64,000 nucleotides of DNA from Octopus vulgaris (taxonomy: Eukaryota): the NCBI GenBank assembly GCA_951406725.2, contig OX597818.1, positions 37,200,001 to 37,264,000 on the forward strand. Reading direction: 5' to 3'. Below the pieces are notes generated by a model. The model saw only the letters and a list, made by a program, of their open reading frames with translations. It did no database searches and was not told the DNA's origin. Shown here piece by piece: positions 38,400 to 49,511 of this stretch. The first letter of the stretch is position 1. Each line of letters begins with the position of its first letter. The position numbers and the translations under genes were made by a program.

Positions 38400-39470
38400 C
38401 ATTGAGGACATAAGAATAAATTTTTGTATGGAAGTAGCCAGATCCAAGAAGCAGTAGCCACAGTAGTAGCAGCAGGATAAACAGAAGGAGGAGACAGTAC
38501 ATTTATGAGCCAGAGATGAGAGTATGTTTGTAAACAACTTCATGTTGATCAATTAACTGGCCTTTCTATAAATATGGTGTAAGATATTTGTGTGTATAGA
38601 AATAAGCACATCTCAGGTGTGAGGCCAGTATTCCATTGTGGGCTTAACTGGGCTTTGTAGAGAGCAAGTAGTTGTTGCAAAGGTTGGGTTTTTTTCTGAA
38701 CCTGAAGAAGACAGACAGTCTTTGTGCAGCAGTTTTTACTGTTTTGAGGATGTGTGTTTGCTCTGAGAGATCCTTAGTCCTGGCGGAGCCTAGTATTTGA
38801 AGTAATTGTGAGGGTTCTAGTTATGTATTCTTGTTTAGCAATGGCAAGGAGTAGATGAGATAATATTATCTTGATACATACAGTGATTGTGTCTTTTTAC
38901 CTGTTCTAGAAGACAAGGTCAGTATGAGGTGTAGTTACATGCAGATGATATTTGGGTGCAAAAGGTTAAAGAAGAATGAAGGTTGATATCATCTGCAAAG
39001 TGTGGGCATTGTTGGAAGTGACAGCAAGTAAGACATTAATGTATAGTAGGAAGAATATGGGTGGCAGAACCAAACCCTAGAGTATACCAGAGTTGATAGA
39101 GCTGATCAGAGATAGTTTCAGCAACCCATGCCTTTTTGTGTGACATCTGATTCAAAAATCAAGGGCAAATGAAAATCATAGGAGGGCAATTTTGCCAGGA
39201 GGTTTACATGCCGGATGTGCTTTAAAGCTTTGCTAATGTTAAAGGGAGCCAAACTACTTTCATCTAATTTCCTGAGGATGAGAGCCCATTGGTGTGTAAA
39301 ACAAGAGAGTATGTCCTCAATAAATCTGACTTTATGTAAGATATTGGTGAAGTGATTGAAGGAACTTTCACACTTGGTATGCATATGTGCAGGTTGGCAA
39401 GCCTGCTGGAAAGGTAGTTTTTGAGATGTATCTAGTGCATGCATGCAGTATGGAATTGGATACAAAATGG
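38400..39470 (-). pseudogene. Decayed CR1/L2-group reverse transcriptase
   Basis: Minus strand, with frameshifts: NISKALKHIRHVNLLAKLPSY (DISKAFD.VWH..LLAKL), INSGIL*GLVLPPIFFLLYIN (GVPQGSVLSP.LF.LYIND), FADDI, LYKAQ..KPTMEY. Confidence 0.85.
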
Positions 39471-39600
39471 GCAGTAAATGTGAAGGCTTTCTTTGCTGAT
39501 GTACTGCTTACAAAACCATCATGGTTCAAAAGTGGAGAACAGAAAAATTCTACAAGAATGAAAACCAGCTTTACAAAAGTTTAGAGACAACTCAAATATT

Positions 39601-39814
39601 CTTTTCTATTCTGGGCACAAGGCTTGAAATTTCGGGTGAGGGGGCCAGTTGATTAGATCGACACCAGGACGCAACTGGTACTTAATTTATTGACCCCGAA
39701 AGGGTGAAAGGCAAAGTCAACCTTGGCAGAATTTAAACTCAGAATGTAAAGACAGATGAAATACTGCTAAGCATTTCACCTTGCGTGCTAACATTTCTAC
39801 CAGCTTGCTGCCTT
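39601..39814 (-). mobile_element. Family B SINE
   Basis: 16-bp TSD agacaactcaaatatt / agacagctcaaatatt at 39585-39600 and 39815-39830. Confidence 0.9.
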
Positions 39815-40339
39815 AGACAGCTCAAATATTATGTAGCTCAATACTTGCTCAAAAAAGTAAAGTAATTTAAACATTGACCGGATTTTAACTCAGAACATTA
39901 AGCTACAGAATCATTTGTTGGTTATATAGTCATATCATCAAAATAAAACTTTCACTTTACTTTTTCATTATGCAGTATCCCACAATAGTTTTCATTTTTT
40001 TTCTCACTTTTTGTGGGCTCTTGTAAGACAGTTTGGCATTAGAATAACTATGATAATTTCTTTTCTTTAAAAATTAGGTCCTTGTATAATAAAGGAGACG
40101 GCATTATTGGTATATATATAACTGTATTTCCTCCAGATCAGTAAAGGCTTTGTCTAGATAAGAACATCTAAATGCTAGTCAATCCTTCTGCCATCTGTGT
40201 CACATGTTTATAGGATTTAACATTCATTACTTCAGATTTTGAAGTCTTTTTCATTTGAACAGTTGTAGTTTAGCAGGAGTTGTGGATCACCAGACAAACA
40301 TTTTGTCCTTTATCTCTGTAGGATTATTAAAACAAGTAA

Positions 40340-40693
40340 ACGACGACGCCGTGATCTCATTCTCGCTCATAACATCATAAGCAGAAAGTGTAACCTCTCA
40401 AAAGAGCTGTTCTTCACTCCTGCTCCAGAGCATGGGCTGTAGGGTCACTCCGAAAAGCTCTATCTATGACGATTTCATTTCAATCGAAGGAGAGAGTCTT
40501 TCTCCGTCCGGGTTGCGGATCCGTGGAATAAGCTGCCGGACGAGATAGTGAAGATGCCGATGACCGCTCGGCTCAAAGTCTCTCTTGACCAGAAATGGCC
40601 TGAACTCTTTGTTTGAACACACTCCCTGTACATAACTCCATGTCCCCCTACATGACCTTGCTTTTGCTTTTTGAGCCAAAAAAATTAAATTAA
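40340..40693 (+). mobile_element. CR1/L2-group LINE 3' end (same family as 25524)
   Basis: RRRRDLILAHNIIS...VRVADPWNKLPDEIVKMP; near-identical to the 25.6-kb copy. Confidence 0.9.
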
Positions 40694-43362
40694 AGTACCT
40701 ATAATATACTGATTTGATACTGTCAACCTTCACGATTTAGTGATCATTCTTTAAAAAGAAATTAAACTTGTTCTCTATTTTCTGTTTTCATGACATCCAC
40801 TTGACTTTCTACTAGTCCTATCGCATTTTGAGTTTACTTGTCACCATTTCTTTCTGATTCTCTTGAGACCTGTTATAATTTTATTTTACTAAGAAGCTTA
40901 CAAGTGACATATAACTGCAAACTAAAATTTAAAAAAAAAAAAGCTATACAGTAAATTACAAATCTCATCTTTCCTGTATAATCATTCACAAAGTGACTGC
41001 CGCAAAGTAATATTTGTAATTCTAGGAAATTAGAGCCAGTAATGTTGCCTTATAATTATCTGTTTGCAAGAATGAGCAGTTGATTTCAACCTTAAGGGCT
41101 ATAATTTTCTGTTATATTTTATATATAATTTTGTTGCTTTTCTATATTTTTATTACTTATATAATTGTGTTACTACTGCTTTTAAAACAAGTGTTCTAAC
41201 TGCCATTTATATCATATATTCATTTAATTACTTTATGCAAAACCTCTCACTAATGCTACAAGGTTTAATACAAATCTAGTCATTGACTCAACTTAAAATT
41301 CGCTTTTGAGGTGACTGAATTTGAATTCTATCTACAAATCTACTAAATACATATTATAGTAAAAGCGGTGGTGTAAAACTATGTTACAAGGTACCAAGAC
41401 TTGATTTGACTTTCACAAATTATGTATTTGAAATTAGCAAGCTTATATTTAATACACAATATATAATTTTGTTAACAAATCTTTCAGATCTCTATTCACT
41501 TCAGTGTTTGAAATAAACCTGTTTCAAGCAAGCCTCGAGTTTCTTAATAATATGTCTAATGCAGAGAGAACATTCTTAGCTAGAAAGCAATAAGGTTCCT
41601 CTCAACCCTGTATACCATCTTCATAATACTGTGGTTTCATAGTATACAAAAATACAGTCTGATTGATAACATGCAATTCTGAGTTTTAATTACTACCAAG
41701 GTGAATTTACCTTTCCATCTCTCCGAAATCTATTAAATACTTAGTACTTGTAATTTGTTTTACCTAAAAGTCCTGAAAAACTAAGCCATTTCTTGTAGAT
41801 ATGTCTAAATATTCAATTACGTTTGCTTATACTGTATGTCTGTTATTTCATGCATGGAGCTAGCTTTATGTATATCACAAAGTATAAACATAGTAGCTGG
41901 GCCAAAATTCTTTATGGTGTTTGTTATTGCTCTTTACATTATGAGCTCAAATCTTGCTGGAGTCAGCTTTGCTTTTCATCTTTCTAGGGTTGATAAAATA
42001 AAGTACCAGTTCGTGGCAATGGGTTGACTAAATTGTAAGAGCATTGGGTACAATACCTATCAGCATTCATCCAGCCTTTTGCATTTCTAAGTTTGATTGT
42101 GACAACATGGATGTCAAACTGCTTTTCTCTTGGACAATATCAATGCATAGAGAAGGGAAACTTGCTGCATGGGTAATTGTTGGTCTTCTATGAAAAAAAA
42201 AATCCTTGCCTAAGTTTGCATTGTATTAAAGAACTTTTCAAGCATACATGCACAGTTAACCCTCACCAACAGAGGCCTAAAGATGAGAAATAAGCTCATT
42301 TAAATTATAGAATGTTTCTGGTTATTGTTGTTGCTTCTTGTTTACTTTGAGTCTGTTTTACTTAAGATGCTATTCACAGATACCTATATTTGCATACTTT
42401 GTTTGCTTTAAATTAATTATTCTGATGGCATCTGAAGGTTAGTTCTTTATTAAAATATTTCTTGATACCCACCTAAAACTTAACTTATTACTGTTACATA
42501 TTTCAGACCTTTCTTCGAGAAATTAATTATCATTTTCTAAGTTACACATGTCTTTAATGGTGCTTTTTTGATACTTCTTCGACATGGCGTTTTTTTTTTA
42601 TATTTTCTATTTACGATGCTTTGCCTCTATTCTCTATGCACATCTATACATACATGCTTGTTACCATCATTTTAGTCCACTTTTTTAGTAAGCCTTTCCT
42701 TGCCATTTACATACATCTTACTCTTGCCTCTGTATTGTATGTACATTATCACCTTTCTGAATACAATCAACTTATAACTAAATTTATCTTGAAAAGAATT
42801 GTCAGAGACTTACCATTACAACAGAGTTGTATTCTGTAAAGTCTTTTAACAAGAAAAAAAAATGTTGGTTCTGGCAAATGTACAGATACTCTCATGCTCT
42901 GCTGTAGGTCCACCGTTGATGAATGAGCTAAGTGATGTTGAATGTTACAACAACATTTTTATATTAGTTAAAAATTCAGCTAAAGTAGAATTAGTAGCCT
43001 ACCTGTGAGATGATCTGATTACTGCTCTGTCCAACTCTAGTTAATGGGAAAATAACTACAAGGTGATACCTTATTCAGCATATGACCTCAGCAGTTCCAA
43101 TTTACTTTCTATAGAAAGAAGACAAATGACTGCCATTCTGATTGGTTTGTATTTTTATATTATGTCGGAGATTCGTGTTTCCAAATGCACTTTGCCAGTT
43201 TAACTAAGCATCTATTTAGTAAAGTAATTATTCACATTGATTTGTTAAAGTGTCAAACTGATTTTGCACTTTACCAAACTGACACACACTTTAACTTGAT
43301 CATTGCTGACTCTCTAGAATGCTCAAGTATGGCCTATATGTATTATTCACAAATTTGGAACA

Positions 43363-43504
<142 letters not shown>

Positions 43505-44769
43505 CATTACACACATACACACAATTATCTCAAATGTATCTAAATGAAGTCTGTCCTTTTGGTTAACAAAGACTTCCTCATATGTGCACTATTTCTTCTT
43601 TACTCCTTTTCAATCGAGCCTACAGTAGTTTCTGCTCCTCTTAACTGACAGGCTGTGTACCAATTCTTGTCAGACACACCCAGTGTACTTACCTATTGTA
43701 TCTCCTTTTGTCATCCTTATTGTTCCACTCTTCCAAACACCATGTGGGATTCTTGGCATATCCCAATCAATCCTCCCTAGAATTACTTTCTTCCCACTTA
43801 TCCTACTTATTCTACAGATAGATGTTCAAGATTAACATCAACTGCATCATTTTCCTCAATCTATACAAAGTTCCATGGTGATTCCCTTTTTATTCAGTTA
43901 TAAATAATTATTTTGTAAAATACAATTAATTCTTGGTCTTGCTTATTTCTGTGAACACAACCTTCATTTTTTTAGTAGGTGAGTAAAATTGTCTCTAAAG
44001 AGAAAAAAACATCAACTATAGCATTTAGGAACTGTATTGGATCTAATGAATGGTAGATGATAGAAGTTGGTATAGTTAATATAAGGTTTGCCAAGCTAAA
44101 ATTACTGTATTAAAAGATAAAGGCACAAGGGTTGAAAAACCATAATGTTGAACTCCTCAGTGAAATATTCATTTCAAATCCTGCTCTAGTTGTAATGTTG
44201 TGCCAATCACAAGATATGTTAGTCTACTTATCTCATACTTGTGTAATGGAAACAGACATCACTATCACATAATGATGAATGGTTAACATCTGTCTCTGTG
44301 AAATATAAATAGCATTTTTCTCCAATACTTCATGTATAATTATCTAAACTTTCAAAACTGCTCTGCTATCTATGTTAACATTAAAATAAGGAAAAAAGAA
44401 GGTAGCACAAAAAAACGATGTTCATTTTCGAAAAATTACATCCTGTGAAAATGCTCTTCAGCTTACTATGTCATTTAATAAAATTTGATTTCAACAAAAA
44501 CAGATATAAGACTAATTTAAACTATTGTCTCTACTGAATTAGTTTTATTCTTCGTTAGTGCGTAAATTAATCAATATTTATAAATATAAAAATCAAGGTT
44601 TTTACAGTGAAGAATTGAGAGGCTGTAGTGTGAATGCATTTGCAGTAGCTTGTAAGTGAGATTATTTTAGGATGTGTATGTACTTCCAAGCATAGACACC
44701 TATACATCCCTGCCACCTTTGAATCCAGTGGAACATCCCAGGTGTGATAGTTGGAGGGAGAAAGGGCTA

Positions 44770-44915
44770 CACATGCACTGGGTTAGTACTCATTTTCAGC
44801 TGAGTTGACTGAAGCAACATGAACTGAAGAATGCAATGCATCATTCAGTCCAGGAATTGAACTTATAACCTTAATTGTGAGCTCAACATCTAAACCATGA
44901 AGACACACAGCTACA
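44770..44915 (-). mobile_element. Family D SINE, decayed
   Basis: tactcattttcagctgagttgactgaagcaac...cagtccaggaattgaac...taaaccatga. Confidence 0.65.
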
Positions 44916-45535
44916 TAAAACTTGGACAATTCATTACAGCTATAAATCAAAAGCAAGTTGTAAACTTATTTCACCAATCGTTCTGTATCAATAATAATAA
45001 TTTCAATAAACATCAGAGTGTAGAGGTAAGCTTCTGGTTAGCTTAGTTAACTACTAAGGTTGTATTTAGCCATTCCTACTTATATAATGCAGCAAGAGAG
45101 AGGAGTGGGGCCTCTATACATTAAATTAAGATGTAAACAGCTGAGTTTTCTACAGAAATGTGTACCCTTGACGTAATTCTCAGGCCAAATCATCATGACA
45201 TACATGACAAGTTTAGACCTTTGAAATACAGGTACACTCCACTCTATGGGTTTTGATACAGTTCCCATCTATTAAATTGCTCTCAAGAGACTTGAATTGA
45301 ACAAAACCTCAGTTAAAAGACAGGACCCCTTGATGGCAAAACAAACTTCTTATTCATTCTGTGCACTTCTTTCTCTCATCTCACAAATTGAAAATAATTT
45401 GAATATCTTACACTCTAGCATCCTCATCCCTTAAAAATCTCCCAGTCTTTGTCTTTTAGATTTAACTTTTTTCTAAAGAACTCACCTAGAATGATTATAT
45501 TACAATGAAGTTGCATCTCTCTACTGAGCTTGCTA

Positions 45536-45740
45536 TCATCATCATCATCCATTTTCCATGCTGGAACAGGCTGGATGGTTTGACAGGAGCTGATAAGGCC
45601 AGGGGGCCACATCAGGCTCTATTGTCTGTTCTGACTTGTTCTCTACAGCTGGATGCCCCTTTCTAATGCCAACAACTTTACAGAGTGTACTGAGTGCTTT
45701 TTACATAGCACCAACACCAGTACTCTTTACGTAGCACCAT
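45536..45740 (-). mobile_element. Family C older variant
   Basis: (cat)n, ttttccatgctgg, tacagctggatgcccctttctaatgccaac. Confidence 0.75.
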
Positions 45741-46337
45741 TCTTCATTTTTAAAGTCTCTTATATAGAATACGATTTTACAAATGGATATTTGATTGTTT
45801 TCTCTCTTTCATTAATTGAATTCAAGAGAGTTCCTAACATTGGACTTGTTTTGGCAGCTAAACTTTAACCCCTCTCTCATCACCAGGACAATGCTTCTTC
45901 ATCTCTATTCTATAAATACTTCCATAGTCATTGTTCTGACAAAATTTCTTGTACCTCCTAAGGTTACTAATCAAATGGCTTGTGTTTCTACTAATTCTCA
46001 TCCTTTCCGTGTTATTGTCGCTCCACACACACACACACACACACCTGTAAAACTTGTTTGTAATCTAGCAGCTTCTTTCCTTGACCATCTGTCTTATGGA
46101 ACTCTGTTCCATAAGACAGATATATATAAATACAATCTCAATTCTTCTTAGTTTTGCACTGATCATTTTATGATCCTTAGAGACACCTTCTCATTAAATT
46201 TCTATTTCTTTCCTTTTATAACTGCCAACTGGTTGCTTGAAGCCTGTTTTAGTGTTGGTTTCTTGCCACTCTATTCGGAGGGACTTTCAGTGAAAAAAAA
46301 ATTAAGGAAGCTTATAATTTTTCTCTTGTTCTCTCTA

Positions 46338-46747
46338 TGTATGTATGTGTATATATATGTCTTTGTAGTGAGTTGTTTACATCCCCCAGTTTGGCAAAAG
46401 AGACCAATAGAATAAGTACCAGATTTAATCCTTGAGCATTTAAACCGGCCAAATCCGGCTAAAATATATTACATGTTTTACATTCAAACTGGCCATATTT
46501 AACTTCTCACACCTAACCTACACTAACATTCTGAAAATAAACAATCACATCATTGAAACCTCAAAGCTTTAAGATAATGCATGAGTAATTCAGAACAATT
46601 TGAATAAAAAAGCATTACATTTCACAGAATAACCTGAACACTAAAGGGTTAAACAAATAATATAAGTACTGAGATTGATATATTCAACTAAAACCCTTCA
46701 AAGTGGTGCCCCAGTATGACTGCTGTTCAATGACTGAAACAAATAAG
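46338..46747 (+). mobile_element. Family A 3' half carrying a piggyBac MITE
   Basis: ggcaaaagagaccaatagaataagtacc [MITE] taagtactgag...aatgactgaaacaaataag. Confidence 0.75.
46429..46648. mobile_element. piggyBac-type MITE
   Basis: TTAA at 46425-46428 and 46649-46652 flanking tccttgagcatt...ctaaaggg. Confidence 0.85.
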
Positions 46748-46783
46748 TGCACACACATACATTCACATATAAAGCACCTAACC

Positions 46784-47084
46784 TGAAGCAATATGCTAAT
46801 GTTAGGGGTGGGCCTCCAAAAGGGTCTCAGGGAGTAGCGTCACTGCCTTCCTGGGCTAGTTTTCCACCACATTTCTTAAAAATCATAGTAAAGGCCTTGG
46901 TCTTGGGACTATTCATGTCTAGAAACTGAGGTTGGGGTAAGCAAGGGCATGCTCCCCATAGAAAACTCTGCTCCAAAAATGCCTCATGAACCAGCCAAAG
47001 GTTGCTATGGCATTGAAGTAGATCTGACTACCTCTTTTAACGAGGACAAAACCTGGATTTAAGACACTGGATGACAATGATGAT
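46784..47084 (+). mobile_element. Short non-tRNA retroelement with RTE/RTEX-like 5' region and gat tail
   Basis: ggttggggtaagcaagggcatgctccccatagaaa resembles the family C ggttggcgttaggaagggcatccagctgtagaaa block; ends ggatgacaatgatgat. Confidence 0.55.
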
Positions 47085-47259
47085 AAATGTTGTTATATTA
47101 CAGAAATAAAAGTGTAAGGAATCTATTATGAAAAGTCTTTCTGGATTAAACCTACTGACATGTTGATATCCAGGAATTGTTTACTTTTAAATGTTATAAA
47201 ATGTTTTTTGTTCTTTATTTTAAAGGGTTCCTTTTCCCTTTTCTAATTGTATTTTTCAG

Positions 47260-47316
47260 GATTTCTACGCTGTTAAAAAATGGAATATAATCCAGTGTTA
47301 CTGGAATAAAATATTA
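47260..47316 (+). other. Candidate 57-nt spliced exon of an unidentified host gene
   Basis: Branch-like ttctaat, pyrimidine tract, ttttcag acceptor, perfect gtaagt donor; one frame open (DFYAVKKWNIIQCYWNKIL); unique sequence. Confidence 0.5.
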
Positions 47317-47424
47317 GTAAGTACAAAGAATTTAAGTCCTTTATTCTCTTTGGCATACATGCAAAATTAGAAACTGAAGCATGTTTTAATTAATTTATCG
47401 TTATTATTATTATTATTATTTATT

Positions 47425-47745
47425 AAGTCTGCGAGCTGCCAGAATCGTTAGCACGCTGGATGAGGTACTTAGTGGCATTTCGTCCATCTTAATGTTCTAA
47501 TTTCAAATTCCACCAAGATCAACTTTGCCTTTCGTCCTTTTAGTGTTAATAAATTAAGTACCTCCCCCAAAATTTCAGGCCTTGTGCCTTTAGAAGTACC
47601 AGTGAATATTATTATTCCACCAAGGTCAACTTTGCCTTTCATCCTTTCAGGGTCGATAAATTAAGTACCAGTGAAACACTGGGGTCGATGTAATCGACTA
47701 GTCCCCTTCCCCTGAATTTCAGGCCTTGTGTCTTTAGTAAAATGG
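47425..47745 (+). mobile_element. Family B SINE tandem pair
   Basis: Two ccaccaag.tcaactttgcctttc cores, each ending aatttcaggccttgtg. Confidence 0.85.
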
Positions 47746-47778
47746 ACTATTATTGTTATTATTTTTATTATTATTATT

Positions 47779-48334
47779 GAGTGAGAGAGCAGTGCATGCC
47801 ATCAAAGTGACACTGGGGTAAAATATACAAAGCCCAGTATACCCATCACGACTACCCGTCTCATAAGGGTACACCAGGCACATGCATCACAACCATATGT
47901 GTGCGACATAGTGATCTCATATCAATATAAACAGCACATGACCTTGCAGGTGAGGCCCAGTTAGAATTTTCATCTGGTAGAGTAACCCATCCTGCTCAAA
48001 AGGTGCCTGAATAAAGGTTGTTTGAGGATGTTGAACGAAACACTCATGTTTCCAAAGGTGAATTATCCAAACCGCTAAGGATTCCTTTCAACACATGGCT
48101 ATGATGCTCCTCCACTACTTCTGCTCATGATCAGAGATGCACATATCGTCAGTCACTAAGGGACATGCTCAACTGGTTACGGTCAAACAACTGACAAGCA
48201 AATCTGTGGTATTGAGCAGAATATTTGCTGTAGCCCATCTTTTATACCAAGACAAAACAATGTACTTGATAACACTTCCAATCAGTTAAGATCAGAAGCC
48301 ATGAGAGCCACTGCCTGGTACTGCATCAGGGCAT
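47779..48334. mobile_element. Unclassified 556-bp element embedded in (ATT)n
   Basis: More GC-rich block sharply bounded by att repeats on both sides; no ORF or clear TIR. Confidence 0.55.
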
Positions 48335-48538
48335 TTATTATTATTATTATTATTATTACTATTATTATTATTATCATTTGGCTTGATCAACTTTAGCCAC
48401 AAGTAAAAATTATTTTTTCTGTGCTTTGATTTTTTTTTTTATTATTATTATTATTACTATTATTATTATTATTATCATTTGGCTTGATCAACTTTAGCCA
48501 CAAGTAAAAATGATATTTTCTGTGATTTTATTTTTTTG
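48335..48538. repeat. About 100-bp tandem duplication
   Basis: (att)n-act-(att)n-atcatttggcttgatcaactttagccacaagtaaaaat occurs twice. Confidence 0.92.
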
Positions 48539-49147
48539 TTTCAATTTTAAGTGATTTTACAGTGGTAAAGCCAAACTTCAGAAACTGAAATATCCTTTCA
48601 GAACTTTACTTCAACAACCGTTCTATTGGATTATGAAGTCAGAGAAACACAGTTAAAAATAATTGTACAGCATCTGTGGATTACTTGATAAATTGCAAAT
48701 CACACTCTATCCCAACAGTAGTTGCATTAGCACTGGCTCACCACCCCTACTCTTTGTTATTGCAGAAGTCAAATACACGAATATGACAACTCAGTCTCAA
48801 GAAGACTTGCTGAGGGAGAAAAAATATAATTCATCAGTGCCTTATAATTTTTCTTAGCTCAGAAAAAAAATTTTTTGGTTATCTTCTATTAGTGTTTTTT
48901 TACAGGAAAACAAAAAAATGCAAGCTTTTCTTTCTTCTCTTTTTTTTTTTTTTTTTTTGTTATATAATTTCACAATATTCTGATCAGTTAACATTAAGTT
49001 TTAATATTTCAGAAATACTTGAATAACAGAATCCTGTTTGTTGTAATAAATGTTGTTGGTTTTTAGCTTTGGATTGATCCTGAACAAAAAGACTAAAAAA
49101 CGAAGTCGTTCCAACGATGGCTGTCTCATCTAATTTTTCAAGAGTAA

Positions 49148-49511
49148 AAGGGTAAAGACCCCCTTCGGTCATGAATGACCTTGGGATTGCACCTACAAAG
49201 TTACCCTCCTAGACACAAGTCCGGGCGAGTTTGTTTATGGAAGACCAGCAGTCGCCCATGCATACCAGCCTCCCCTCTCCACGTCACCGATGTTGTCCAA
49301 GGGAAAGGCAAGGGTCGATACAGCTTGGCACCAGTGACGTCGCAACTCATTTCTACAGCTGAGTGAACTGGAGCAACGTGAAATAAAGTGCCTTGCTCAA
49401 GAACACAACACGCAGCCCGGTCCGGGATTCGAGCTCACAACCTCACGATCGTAAGCTCGACGCTCTAACCACTGAGCCATGCGCCTTCACGAGTTTTTGC
49501 GCTTCATGCGC
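49148..49511 (-). mobile_element. Family D-related tRNA/CORE SINE, young-looking
   Basis: Reverse: gtgaaggcgcatggctcagtggttagagcg...gagctcgaatccc...gtgttcttgagcaaggcac; 13-bp TSD ttttcaagagtaa at 49135-49147 and 49512-49524. Confidence 0.92.

Noticed and set aside
40305-40341. 14-nt microexon (tgtag|gattattaaaacaa|gtaaac)
   Set aside because: Weak donor that abuts a LINE 5' junction
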